Shown piece by piece: positions 30,700 to 40,405 of a stretch of DNA of 64,000 nucleotides. A program made the translations under genes and the position numbers. Origin of the DNA: an uncultured Acidimicrobiales bacterium (GTDB lineage: Bacteria > Actinomycetota > Acidimicrobiia > Acidimicrobiales > UBA10347); assembly GCA_943788915.1 (NCBI GenBank), contig CALSSD010000005.1:558001-622000 (forward strand). The letters are read 5' to 3'. The notes beneath the pieces are model-generated. The model ran no database searches, was not told the origin of the DNA, and was given only the letters and a program-made list of their open reading frames with translations. Numbering within the stretch: position 1 is the first letter of the stretch; every line of letters begins with the position of its first letter.

Positions 30700-32087
30700 A
30701 TGTTTGAAGATGCACGGGGCCTTCGGCTCACCACGACCAGCGCCGATGCTGCGGCCGCGTTTGATGCCGCTGTCACTGACTATCTCGACTATCGATCGTC
30801 CGCGTTCGGTCAGCTCAAAACAGCACTCACAGCCGACCCAGAATTCGTGATGGCGCTGTGTTTCCGTGCCTGCTTCTTCCAGATGATGGAAACAACCGCG
30901 GTCCGCCCAAGGTCCAGGGCTGGCTCGACGACATGCAGCCATTACTCGCCGACGTGACCGAACGAGAGCGATCACATGTCCAAGCGGTGCAAGCATGGGT
31001 CGACGGCGACATCATCGGAGCGACCAGCACCTGGGAAATGATCCTCGCCGAACACCCGTTGGACATCGTTGCGCTCAAACTGCACCATTATCTGACGTTC
31101 TGGACCGGCCGCTCCCAGGCGTTGCGAGCTGTCACCGCGGGCGTGCTTCCTGCCTGGGATCCGTCCATCCCGGGATATGCAAGTGTCCTGGGTATGCACG
31201 CCTTCGCGCTCGAAGAGACTGGCAACCACATTGGCGCCGAAGCGATTGGCCGCGAAGCCGTGGAGCGGAATCCCAACGACTTGTGGGCCATCCACTCGGT
31301 TGCCCATGTGCTCGAAACCCAAGGCCGCTCCGCCGAAGGTGTTGCTTGGCTCGATTACCCGACCGATGCCTGGGACGACCGCAATCCCTTCCGTGCCCAT
31401 GTGTGGTGGCACGCCGCGCTGTTCAACGCTGCTCAGGCGAACTATGACAAGGTGCTGTCGTTGTACGACACCGAGATCAGTTCAGTGAACACTGCACAGA
31501 ATGTCGACGTCCAGAACCTGGCGTCGTTGCTGATCCGGCTCGATCTGCGGGGTGTCAACGTCGGTGATCGATGGCAGGCACTTGCCGAGCACAGCGAGGC
31601 CCGCATTGGCGACCATGCGATTGCCTTCAACGACATGCACTGGAGCCTGGCGATGGCCGCGGCCGGAAGAACCGAAGCGGCAGTTCGTCATGCCGATGCC
31701 ATGGCAGAATTCGCGTCGACAGATTCGGGTTGGACGGCCCACGTTTTCGCCCAAGTCGGCACGGATCTCTGCCGCGGGCTCACCGCGTGGGGAAATCATG
31801 ACTTCGCTGGCGCCGCGGATCTGCTGTGGCCGATCAAGGATGACCTTGCTCCGATTGGTGGCAGTCACGCCCAGCGAGATCTTTTCCCTCAAGTCCTGGG
31901 CGACGCGCTCCTCAGGGCCGGCCGCTTCGCTCAGGCCCGCAGCCTCTACGCCGAACGCGTCACCCTGCGCCCTTCGGCCCGGACCGACTGGGAGCACCTG
32001 TCAACAGCGCTTGCCGCCCTCGGCGACACAACCGGTGCCGCCGCCGCAACCGAATCAGCTGCCGCAGCCACCGAACCCGCCGCCTGA
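30700..32087 (+). CDS. TTC38-like tetratricopeptide repeat protein, frameshift near 30908
   Basis: MFEDARGL.. frame joins GMHAFALEE, WAIHSVAHV, HVWWHAAL, IGGSHAQRD. Confidence 0.8.
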
Positions 32088-32089
32088 AA

Positions 32090-32160
32090 TCCCTTCAACG
32101 CAAATTAGGAGCCTGGTGTACCTATGTCGTACACCACGCTCCTAATTTGCTTGACGGGGA
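32090..32160. terminator. Long inverted repeat between convergent genes
   Basis: GCAAATTAGGAGC.TGGTGTAC / GTACACCA.GCTCCTAATTTGC, arms ~30 bp. Confidence 0.7.
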
Positions 32161-33476
32161 GGGGTCCCAGGGGCGTGTGCTGAGGTGTCGTTGTCGGCGG
32201 GCACGATCTCGCCCCGGCTTGACCGCCAGATGAGTTCGGCCCCGATGACCAGCCCAATGGTGATCACACCCATGCCGGCAAGCGTCTGACGCAACCCAAC
32301 CGCGTCGGCCAGTAGGCCAAGCGGGTACGACACCAAGCCAAACGCGCTGAAACCGAGCCCGAGCAAGGACTGCACTCGACCGTGGTACGCACTCGAACTC
32401 AGGCTGAGCGCCAACGTGGCGTTCATTGACTGGAAGCCTGCGGTCGATCCACCGACGACGACTGCGGCAATCAGGGCAATAGTGAACGATGGCGCCCAGC
32501 TCATGAACAGCAGGCCGGCTCCCAGCATTACCCCTGACACGACTTGTACACGGGGCCCTTGCGACAGAACGGTTCGGGCAACACCAACGCCAGCAAAAAG
32601 GCCCCCCGCTGCGCCAACAAGAGATAACAGCGCAAACCCTTCAGAACCGCGTCCGTAAAAATCTTCGGCCACGCTGGGCAAAAAAGCGATGTACGGAAAC
32701 CCGACCATGGTGACAAGGATCGCGAGTACAACCACGATGCGAACCGAGGGCACCGAGTTTGCGTACCGCACACCATCGGCCATTTCGGCAAGTGGCGCAC
32801 GCTGGGGACGATCGGGGTTGGGCAGTCCGGCATCAAGAAACAGGAAACAGAACACAGCCAGAACGCTCAGGCCTGCGCTGAACAGATAGATACCGGCGAA
32901 ACTCAACCACGCAACGCCCAGGAACACGCCCGCAAGCGCAGGGCCGATCACTCGATTGCTGTTCATCGAGATCTGGGCGAGTGCTACCGCGTTTGGTATG
33001 AGTTTGGGGCCGACGATGTCGATAGTGAAGGCCATGCGCGCGGGAACCAGGGTGGCGAAGGCCATGGCCTGAGCCGCAGATACGACGATGAGCATCCAGA
33101 ACTTCGTGACTTCAAACACCTCAGCAAAACCCAAAGCGGCATTACTCACCGCAAGGAATGCCGTCGCCACGATCAGGATCTGCCGCTTTGGCACCCGGTC
33201 GGCTAACACGCCACCGATCGGTGTCATAACAAGCGACACTCCACCAAAAGCGAGCGTCACCAGGCCAAGCGCAGCGTTGGTTCCGCCGAGTTCTTTCGCC
33301 AGTGCACCCCGAGCAACGATGCCACTGAAGATCGACAAGTAGTAGAGGAACGTGCCGAACCAAATGATTCGAAACGCGGGAATCCCGAACGACGCAAGCG
33401 TGGGCGTGCGAGTTTCTGCCTGATCCCGAGCAGCCTCGGTGGGCTCGAGTGAATCAGGAGAGTCCAACGTTGCCAA
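32142..33476 (-). CDS. MFS transporter
   Basis: ~12 hydrophobic segments, GGVLADRVPKR motif A, GRVQS. Confidence 0.88.
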   Translation of the reverse strand: MATLDSPDSLEPTEAARDQAETRTPTLASFGIPAFRIIWFGTFLYYLSIFSGIVARGALAKELGGTNAALGLVTLAFGGVSLVMTPIGGVLADRVPKRQILIVATAFLAVSNAALGFAEVFEVTKFWMLIVVSAAQAMAFATLVPARMAFTIDIVGPKLIPNAVALAQISMNSNRVIGPALAGVFLGVAWLSFAGIYLFSAGLSVLAVFCFLFLDAGLPNPDRPQRAPLAEMADGVRYANSVPSVRIVVVLAILVTMVGFPYIAFLPSVAEDFYGRGSEGFALLSLVGAAGGLFAGVGVARTVLSQGPRVQVVSGVMLGAGLLFMSWAPSFTIALIAAVVVGGSTAGFQSMNATLALSLSSSAYHGRVQSLLGLGFSAFGLVSYPLGLLADAVGLRQTLAGMGVITIGLVIGAELIWRSSRGEIVPADNDTSAHAPGTPPRQAN

Positions 33477-33550
33477 GAGCCTGAGACTACGGCGACGACC
33501 CGTTCAGGTCCCAGCCCTCACCTGGTGACTTTCGACCGGGTCACGTTCGA

Positions 33551-34261
33551 TTAGTCGAGAAGGACCATGACCTCGTCCAAGTCCTTGCGGGCAAGATCAG
33601 GAACGAGTGTGCCGGGTAATGGATACCCGATAGGAAACATCACGAACGGTCGCTCGTTCTCGGGGCGCCCAAGCAGCTTCGTGAGGAACGCCATCGGCGA
33701 TGGCGTATGCGTGAGCGTGGCAAGCCCCATGTTGTGAAGCGCAGCAACAAATAAGCCTGCGGCAATTCCGCAGGACTCTTTGACGTAATAGTTCTTGCGA
33801 CGCTGCCCGTCGGCCTGTTGTTCGTACCGCTGCTCAAACAACACCACGATCCACGGAGCGATCTCCAGGAACTCCTTGTGGTGGTCGGTACCGAGTGGAG
33901 CGAGCGCCTCTTGCCACTCGTCGTTCATCCGGTTTTCCAGATAATTGACGCGCTCTTCTTCTTCGGCCGCCTCCCGAATCTGACGCTTGATGTCACTACT
34001 CGAAATTGCCACAAACGTCCACGGCTCCTTGTGGGCACCGGAAGGAGCCGTGGCCGCAGTCTCGATCGCAAGTTCGATCAGCCGTTGCGGAACAGGATCC
34101 GATGCGAACATGCGCACGCTGCGGCGGTGCTTCAGATCATCCCGGAACCCAGTCGCCCGAGCGACCATGTCTGCCTCGGCGTGCCGTTCGTGCACCAACG
34201 GCACGAATGGATGTTCGGCAGCCAGTTCGGTTGACGGGTACGGGAACTCGTAGTCACTCAC
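33551..34261 (-). CDS. Nitroreductase family, iodotyrosine deiodinase-like
   Basis: RRSVR, APSGAH.EPW, EEEERVNY, KEFLE.AP, YYVKES.GIA, TLTHTP. Confidence 0.85.
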   Translation of the reverse strand: MSDYEFPYPSTELAAEHPFVPLVHERHAEADMVARATGFRDDLKHRRSVRMFASDPVPQRLIELAIETAATAPSGAHKEPWTFVAISSSDIKRQIREAAEEEERVNYLENRMNDEWQEALAPLGTDHHKEFLEIAPWIVVLFEQRYEQQADGQRRKNYYVKESCGIAAGLFVAALHNMGLATLTHTPSPMAFLTKLLGRPENERPFVMFPIGYPLPGTLVPDLARKDLDEVMVLLD

Positions 34262-34312
34262 CCTGCCTGGTGTAGCAGCCGCAGCTCAAGTTCCGAACTC
34301 GCCGGGTTGGCT

Positions 34313-34387
34313 GGTCACCCCAGAGTTATTTACCCGGGGGCCACTCACCCCAGAGTTGCTCACCCCAGAGTTACTCAACCCAGGGTC
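34313..34387. repeat. Intergenic 15-bp tandem repeat, 5 degenerate units
   Basis: ggtcaccccagagtt / atttacccgggggcc / actcaccccagagtt / gctcaccccagagtt / actcaacccagggtc. Confidence 0.8.
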
Positions 34388-34403
34388 TGGCCCGCGGCGC
34401 CCG

Positions 34404-35879
34404 TCAGCCGAGGGTGATGGTGCCGTCGGCGTCAAGGTTGCCGCTACGACCGATCGCTTCTTCGGTGATCATTGCGGTTGCAGCAGCCACGTCGGTGACA
34501 CGACCCCAGGTGCGAGCGCCTTCGGCGGTGCGTAGTGCACAGAGTCCCAGCTCAGGCCCGTCGGCGTTGTGCATAACGGTGTACGCCTCGATCGTGACCT
34601 CTCCGGTGTGGTCTTCGGCGAGTGGCACCGACGGCACCTGGTCGACCTGCTCCTGCACATCGGCTGCTTCATAGCCCTTTGGTGGTGGCTCGGTTGAGTA
34701 CAACCCAATGGCATGTTTGGTCAGGAAACCGCCGTTCGCGGACACCAGACCGACCGACCCAGCGTCGCCCCGCAAGACGTCGATCATGGTGGCAATCGAG
34801 TGAGTTACGTAATTGTTCAGAGGACCGCCAGCAAAGGTAAGTCCACCGGTCTGTGTGAGCTGTCGTTCTTCGCTGAAACCCAGGGACTCGGCGCCGACCT
34901 CTACGGCCGATGGGAAACACGAATACAGGTCGATGTGATCAACGTCGTCTGGCCCAATACCCGCAAGCGAGAAGAGCTTCTTTCCGGCCTCGGTGATAGC
35001 TGGGGAAGAATGCAGATCTCGACGGTTGGAGACGGCATAGGTGTCATGCGCGTCGGTACCAGCCCACGGGAACACCCATTTGTCGCGAGGCACACCAGCG
35101 GCTTCGGCAGCTCCGGCTGAACACAACAACACCGCAGCAGCCTGATCGAGATCCCAGTTGGAGTTCATAGCCTTGGTGTACGGGAAACCAACCATACGAT
35201 TCGTCGGGCTGGCATTGCGGATCTCGGCGGCAGTCATTGGCGTGCGAGACCATGCAAACTCGTTCTCGACCGCCTTCTGATTAAATGTTTGCCACAAACG
35301 AGCCAACCGATCACGGTGTTGGTCGATGGTTTCGCCCCGGGCATGACGGATCGCAGAATCAAACAGCGGGTAGAACTGAATGGGCATTTCCATGCCCCGT
35401 GCCTGCTCGAAGTCCGTCTGCATGAGGACGTCGGCGCCAAAACGTTCGTCGGGCTCGACGTTGGCTTGTTCCGTATACGGCACTGGCATCCCAGCCCGGC
35501 GTTGGCGGCGTCGGCTCCAGATAGTTTCGGCACCCACGAAGACGGCAGTTTCCATCTCACCGGATTTGATCCGTGCTGCGAGTGCATTCAGGTAACTCTG
35601 AGGTGTGTTACCCCCGTTCGCAGAGACCGACGTACGAGCACCTGGTGCACCGACCCGATCGGCGATGATCCGGGCGGGGTCGGTGTACTTCCATGCGCCT
35701 TGGACCACGCCAATATGATCGAGTTTGGTCAGCAACCCGGGGGCGCCAGCATCGCTGGCGGCATCGCGTACGGCCTGTTCCATCATGGCTACGGCTTCGA
35801 GGGCGTCGCTCAGGTCATCAGGCTTCTGCATTGCTTGTGCAACACCAATAACCACAGGGGTACGAGGATCAATCGTCAT
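34404..35879 (-). CDS. Thiolase-like protein (acetyl-CoA acetyltransferase, TLP type)
   Basis: DPRTPVVIGV, GGNTPQ, DLYSCFPSAV, TGGLTFAGGPLNNY, NGGFLTKHA. Confidence 0.85.
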   Translation of the reverse strand: MTIDPRTPVVIGVAQAMQKPDDLSDALEAVAMMEQAVRDAASDAGAPGLLTKLDHIGVVQGAWKYTDPARIIADRVGAPGARTSVSANGGNTPQSYLNALAARIKSGEMETAVFVGAETIWSRRRQRRAGMPVPYTEQANVEPDERFGADVLMQTDFEQARGMEMPIQFYPLFDSAIRHARGETIDQHRDRLARLWQTFNQKAVENEFAWSRTPMTAAEIRNASPTNRMVGFPYTKAMNSNWDLDQAAAVLLCSAGAAEAAGVPRDKWVFPWAGTDAHDTYAVSNRRDLHSSPAITEAGKKLFSLAGIGPDDVDHIDLYSCFPSAVEVGAESLGFSEERQLTQTGGLTFAGGPLNNYVTHSIATMIDVLRGDAGSVGLVSANGGFLTKHAIGLYSTEPPPKGYEAADVQEQVDQVPSVPLAEDHTGEVTIEAYTVMHNADGPELGLCALRTAEGARTWGRVTDVAAATAMITEEAIGRSGNLDADGTITLG

Positions 35880-35926
35880 GAGCCGAAGTTACTTCTCGGC
35901 CCGGCACCCGCCCTAGTCGGGAACCA

Positions 35927-36820
35927 TCATTGCGCTTCCACGGGCTTCTCGATGGCAAAGGCAACACCCGCATCTACTGCGGCTGCGATGTCTGCCATCG
36001 TGTCGAACTGCACGCCGAGATCGACGACCCCATCGAGGAAGTCCTCGAGCGCAAGCAGCCGATGTCCACGCCCGATCACCTGTGGATGGAACACGAAGGT
36101 GATAAGGCCACCGTCGAGTTCACGGACCATCCACTCGACGTCCCCGAACCAGTTCGAAAACATGTCCTCGGGCCGAACCAGGCCCGGCATGATGCCGGCC
36201 TTCCGGAAGGCGACGAACTCCAAGTAGGGATAGTCGTCGTTGGTCCATGACCACGGCAGTTCGATAAGTGCAGACTCTGGGCCCCATTCGGCGGGGCTGT
36301 TGTCAGGGAATTCGTCGCCGACCCTGACACGGTACGGGCGATGGTCGTGGCCCATCAACGAGGTGTCATAGACGATGCCATTCTCAAGCAATAGCTCGAT
36401 CGTCTGATTCGTTAGATCACCAGCCGGCGCTCGGTACCCAACGGGATAGGTGCCGGTGAGATTTTCCACCAGTTCGATCGAGCGGGCCATCGCTGCCCGT
36501 TCGTCAGCAGCGGATTGCAGTGCATTCATCTCGTGCGCATACCCGTGGAGGCCGACTTCGCAGCCTGCATCGACAACCATCCGACACACGTCGGGATAGG
36601 TCTCGATGGTGTGGCCAGGAATGAAGAACGTTGCCGGGAGTGAACGTTCCGCAAGCAGCCGCAAGATCCTTGGCACGGCGACTGCGCCAAACTCTCCTCG
36701 GGAAATGGGCGCTGCAGTCGTCATCTTGCGCATCATCCACAGCGATGGCCCGTCGAAGTCAAACGACAGGCATGCATGACCCGCAGTGTTGGGCGAAGTG
36801 ATGGTTCTCGATTCAGCCAT
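35927..36820 (-). CDS. Polysaccharide deacetylase (NodB/CE4; PgdA/PuuE-like)
   Basis: SFDFD, TFFIPG, HGYAHE, GYRAP, FHPQVIG. Confidence 0.88.
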   Translation of the reverse strand: MAESRTITSPNTAGHACLSFDFDGPSLWMMRKMTTAAPISRGEFGAVAVPRILRLLAERSLPATFFIPGHTIETYPDVCRMVVDAGCEVGLHGYAHEMNALQSAADERAAMARSIELVENLTGTYPVGYRAPAGDLTNQTIELLLENGIVYDTSLMGHDHRPYRVRVGDEFPDNSPAEWGPESALIELPWSWTNDDYPYLEFVAFRKAGIMPGLVRPEDMFSNWFGDVEWMVRELDGGLITFVFHPQVIGRGHRLLALEDFLDGVVDLGVQFDTMADIAAAVDAGVAFAIEKPVEAQ

Positions 36821-37000
36821 GACGCGACTCTTGCAGAAGCGCCCCACGAGCGCCAGCTTCCCTCACGGTCTGTGCGCGGTGACGCACCGCGCGGCCATCC
36901 TCACGAACATGGTCGAGACCGCTGCCATAGGTGTCCTCCAGCTTGGTGTCACGAACTTGCTCGCGGCGTTCATCTCACCCCTCGTAACGCAGCAAAACGA

Positions 37001-37034
37001 GAAATCGGGCCTCGCGTAAACGAGACCCGACTTC
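37001..37034 (-). terminator. Hairpin downstream of tRNA-Ser
   Basis: GAAATCGGGCCTCG..CGAGACCCGACTTC imperfect stem with T-rich tail on the minus strand. Confidence 0.65.
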
Positions 37035-37037
37035 TTT

Positions 37038-37127
37038 TGGCGGAAGGTATGGGATTTGAACCCATGGATACGTTGCCGCATCAACGGTGTTCGAGACCGT
37101 CCCTTTCGTCCGCTCAGGCAACCTTCC
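37038..37127 (-). tRNA. tRNA-Ser (anticodon CGA)
   Basis: GGAAGGT..ACCTTCC-G-CCA acceptor, ACGGT-CTCGAAC-ACCGT anticodon arm, long variable arm, GGTTCAAATCC. Confidence 0.95.
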
Positions 37128-37909
37128 GTAGCCGAGGGTAGCGGGCTGGTTCACGATCCGCATCCGAAATCGCTACGCCGGTCGGAGCCGCCAACCTGGG
37201 TATCGGAGAGCCATCGTCATACGTTGACGACGGAGCCCAGCGGACCAGTTGTGGATCATCCTCACGTGGAACCCGCACCGCTCAGGCAACGATGAGGTAT
37301 ATCGATCGAGCACCGCCACAACCCGATCAGGCCGGGCTGCAGATGATCGCTACCGACCTCGGCTGGGCAGCGGCAGCCACGCCTAACGAACAACCCATCA
37401 CGTTGGGCGAGGGCAAGAGATAAGCAGCGAGGACCGACATTTCACATCTCGTGGTTTGGGCCGATGGCCCTACGAACATTTCACTTTGAGACATTGGACT
37501 CATCTTCACCTGAGTCCCTCAGATGGCAGCTGCGAGACCCGATGGAGGCACATGAGCATGGCATCACTACTTGAACAGGTTGTGAGTGAAAACGTTGCCT
37601 CCGGAGAACGAGGTCATGTGGACGCAACCGGTGAACGTTATGGCTGCGGAGCCAGCGACAAACGTGAGAAACGAGCATGTTCGCTCTACCTATGGCTTCT
37701 TGGCCCAACAACAAAGCAGCTCGCCACCATCTGCCCCTGTCAGCGCTAGTTTTTCTCCACCCCGTTTCCCACCACTCCGTCGGGAGTAGTTCGGATTCGC
37801 TACGCCCATCCTGTCGACTGGTTGCATGTCGACGATCCCAAAGCGCTCGACTACGGCTGACGTTCGTCGAACACGGCATGCGCTTGACTTCGTCACGTAT
37901 GCGTCGTAC

Positions 37910-37926
37910 TTTACCAATTGGTTAAT
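37910..37926. promoter_or_regulatory. Palindromic operator upstream of the ArsR-SRPBCC operon
   Basis: TTTACCAATTGGTTAAT, AT-rich dyad just before an ArsR gene. Confidence 0.5.
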
Positions 37927-37943
37927 TACAAAGCCCGGAAACC

Positions 37944-38318
37944 ATGGGAGACTACGGCATGGTTGCAGCTCTCGAAGAGGAACGACTGACCGAGACGTTT
38001 GCCGCGTTAGCTAATCCAACCCGGCGAGCCATCCTGGCTCGGTTGGCACACGGAGAAGCAAGCGTCACCGAGCTGGCCGAACCATTCGACATGTCGTTGC
38101 CAGCGGTGTCGAAACATATTCGGGTGCTCGAAAGGGCTGGCCTGGTCACCCAAGGTCAACGTGCGCAATATCGACCCTGCACGCTCAACGCAGCTCCACT
38201 CGAAGCAGTGTCGTCGTGGGCCGAGCACTACCGCCCCGTCTGGGAGGACCGCTTCGATCGCATGGGCGGCTATCTCAACCACATTCAAACTCAACCACAT
38301 TCAAACCTCGACATCTGA
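37944..38318 (+). CDS. ArsR/SmtB family transcriptional regulator
   Basis: FAALANPTRRAIL, VTELAEPFDMSLPAVSKHIRVLERAGLV. Confidence 0.92.
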   Translation: MGDYGMVAALEEERLTETFAALANPTRRAILARLAHGEASVTELAEPFDMSLPAVSKHIRVLERAGLVTQGQRAQYRPCTLNAAPLEAVSSWAEHYRPVWEDRFDRMGGYLNHIQTQPHSNLDI

Positions 38319-38368
38319 ACGACCAACAACGAAACCACCAGCTGATACTCCCGCAAAGGACACCATCA

Positions 38369-38848
38369 ATGACTGACTCTGTCGTTATCGAACGCCACTT
38401 CGACGCCCCTGTTGAACTTGTCTGGAAGATGTGGACCGAGTCAGAACACTTCGCGGCCTGGTACGGCCCCACGGGTGCCACCATTCCTGTCGCCAAGATG
38501 AACGTGCGGGTCGGTGGTAGTCGTCACATTTGTATGGCTATGGAGACACCCAACGGACCAATGCAGATGTGGTTTGTTGGTGAGTTCCTCGAGATCGTCG
38601 CCAACGAACGCCTGGTCTACACCGAGGCCATGAGCGTCGAAGACGGCAATGTCATCTCTCCGGCACAGATGGGCATGCCTGAGGGACACCCCGAGACCAC
38701 CCAGGTCATCGTGGAGCTCGAACCGGTCGACGGCAAGACCAAGATGACCATGACCCATATCGGCGTCCCAGCCGATTCACCAGGTGCCAGCGGCTGGGGA
38801 ATGGCCTTCGACAAGCTCAACGCCTATCTGTCCACCGCAAGCCGCTAG
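38369..38848 (+). CDS. SRPBCC/AHA1-domain protein
   Basis: IERHFDAPVELVWKMWT, WYGP, RVGG, ERLVYT, GWGMAFDKL. Confidence 0.88.
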   Translation: MTDSVVIERHFDAPVELVWKMWTESEHFAAWYGPTGATIPVAKMNVRVGGSRHICMAMETPNGPMQMWFVGEFLEIVANERLVYTEAMSVEDGNVISPAQMGMPEGHPETTQVIVELEPVDGKTKMTMTHIGVPADSPGASGWGMAFDKLNAYLSTASR

Positions 38849-39028
38849 TTCACCGGGACGCGTTCAACACCGGCAAGCTCCGCTATTACGGGTGCGAAGC
38901 CCCAGCACGCTACGGCCTTGTGCCAGGTCTGAACCACAGTCAGGCACGCTGTCTTTACTTGAGTGACGGCAGAGCATTCAGCTCAGACAGGGTTTCGGTA
39001 AGGAACAAGCCGAAAGCCGGACTCACCG

Positions 39029-40333
39029 TTAGCCGGCTTCAGAGTGGGTCACAGGCTGTTCGCCCATCCAGTCACGCAAGGTGTTCTTGAGCTTGGTCTG
39101 CTGGATGAAGATGTCGTGCTCGGGGCCTGCTGGGTCGCTGGATTGTGGAGCCTTGAAGTAGAAGCTCAGCCAGTCCTGCACGCCAGACTCGCCGGCGCGT
39201 TTGGCCAGGTCCATGAACAGCGCCAAGTCGAGCACAAGCGGCGCGGCCAGAATCGAGTCACGGCACAAGAAGTTGATCTTGATCTGCATCGGGTACCCAA
39301 GCCAACCAAAGATGTCGATGTTGTCCCAGCCCTCTTTGTCGTCGCCGCGGGGTGGGTAGTAGTCGATCCGGACCTTGTGGTCGATGTTCCCGTACAGCTT
39401 GGGGTAGAGCTCAGGCTGCAGGATCGTGCCCAGCACACCGAGCTTGGAAACTTCTTTGGTCATGAAGTTCTCGGGAGCGTCGAGAACTTCACCATCGCGG
39501 TTGCCCAAGATGTTGGTTGAGTACCAGCCGCGCACACCAAGCATGCGGGATTTGAGTCCTGGGCTGATCAAGGTCTTCATGAGCGTCTGGCCGGTCTTGA
39601 AGTCCTTGCCACAGATGGGCACACCTTCACGCTCAGCCAACTCGACGATGCACGGAAGATCAACGGTCAGGTTGGGTGCGCCGTTGGCGAACGGCACACC
39701 ACTCATGAGTGCGGCATAGGCATAGATCTGGCTGGGGGCGATGTTGTCGTCGTTGTTGCGCAGGCCCTCTTCGAACGATGCGATCGTGTCGTGCACCGCA
39801 GACGCTTCTTGGTAGGCCTCGGTCGACGCACACCAAACCATGACCAGGCGGTCACATTCCTTCTCGGTGCGGAAACGTTCGATGTCGGCCATGAGCGCTT
39901 CGGCCTGCTCGAATTTATTCGTCTCGGACTTGACCCGGACACCTTCAAGCCGTGACACCCACCGCTGTTCGAACACAGCATCCATAGCGACGATGCCTTC
40001 AAGTTCACTGGACATGGCAGCCAGGTCTGTGTCCGACATGACACCGGCGGTGCGAGCAGCTTCGTACATGTTGGGCGAAATGGGATCCCAACCACCGAAG
40101 ACAATGTCATCGAGTCCAGCGAGGGGGACGAAGTCGCGAATCAGCGGATTGCGATCCTCTTCACGTTTACCCAGGCGGATGCGCGCCATCTGGGTAACGG
40201 AGCCGATCGGGGCAACACCTTCGTTGCGGGCCTGCATGACGCCGGCGATGAGAGTGGAGGCCACGGCGCCCATGCCAGGCATGAGCAGGCCGAGCCGGCC
40301 AGAGGCGGCGGGGATGTTTCGAGGGGAGGTCAT
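39029..40333 (-). CDS. ino1: myo-inositol-1-phosphate synthase
   Basis: GMGAVAST, WCASTE, FANGAP, GKDFKTGQT, STNILGNRDG, CRDSILAAPLVLDL. Confidence 0.92.
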   Translation of the reverse strand: MTSPRNIPAASGRLGLLMPGMGAVASTLIAGVMQARNEGVAPIGSVTQMARIRLGKREEDRNPLIRDFVPLAGLDDIVFGGWDPISPNMYEAARTAGVMSDTDLAAMSSELEGIVAMDAVFEQRWVSRLEGVRVKSETNKFEQAEALMADIERFRTEKECDRLVMVWCASTEAYQEASAVHDTIASFEEGLRNNDDNIAPSQIYAYAALMSGVPFANGAPNLTVDLPCIVELAEREGVPICGKDFKTGQTLMKTLISPGLKSRMLGVRGWYSTNILGNRDGEVLDAPENFMTKEVSKLGVLGTILQPELYPKLYGNIDHKVRIDYYPPRGDDKEGWDNIDIFGWLGYPMQIKINFLCRDSILAAPLVLDLALFMDLAKRAGESGVQDWLSFYFKAPQSSDPAGPEHDIFIQQTKLKNTLRDWMGEQPVTHSEAG

Positions 40334-40343
40334 GACTCAAAGA

Positions 40344-40363
40344 ATAAGTGATAGTTATCTATC
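40344..40363. promoter_or_regulatory. Putative LysR binding site (T-N11-A dyad)
   Basis: ATAAGTGATAGTTAT overlapping GATAGTTATCTATC dyad in the AT-rich 72-bp divergent spacer. Confidence 0.5.
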
Positions 40364-40405
40364 AAGTTCGATGGTTAAGCATTACTTCATTTAAGGTAGG
40401 CAGCG

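Noticed and set aside
34313..34387. 15-bp repeats as CRISPR or iterons
   Set aside because: No spacers, degenerate units, no rep or cas gene
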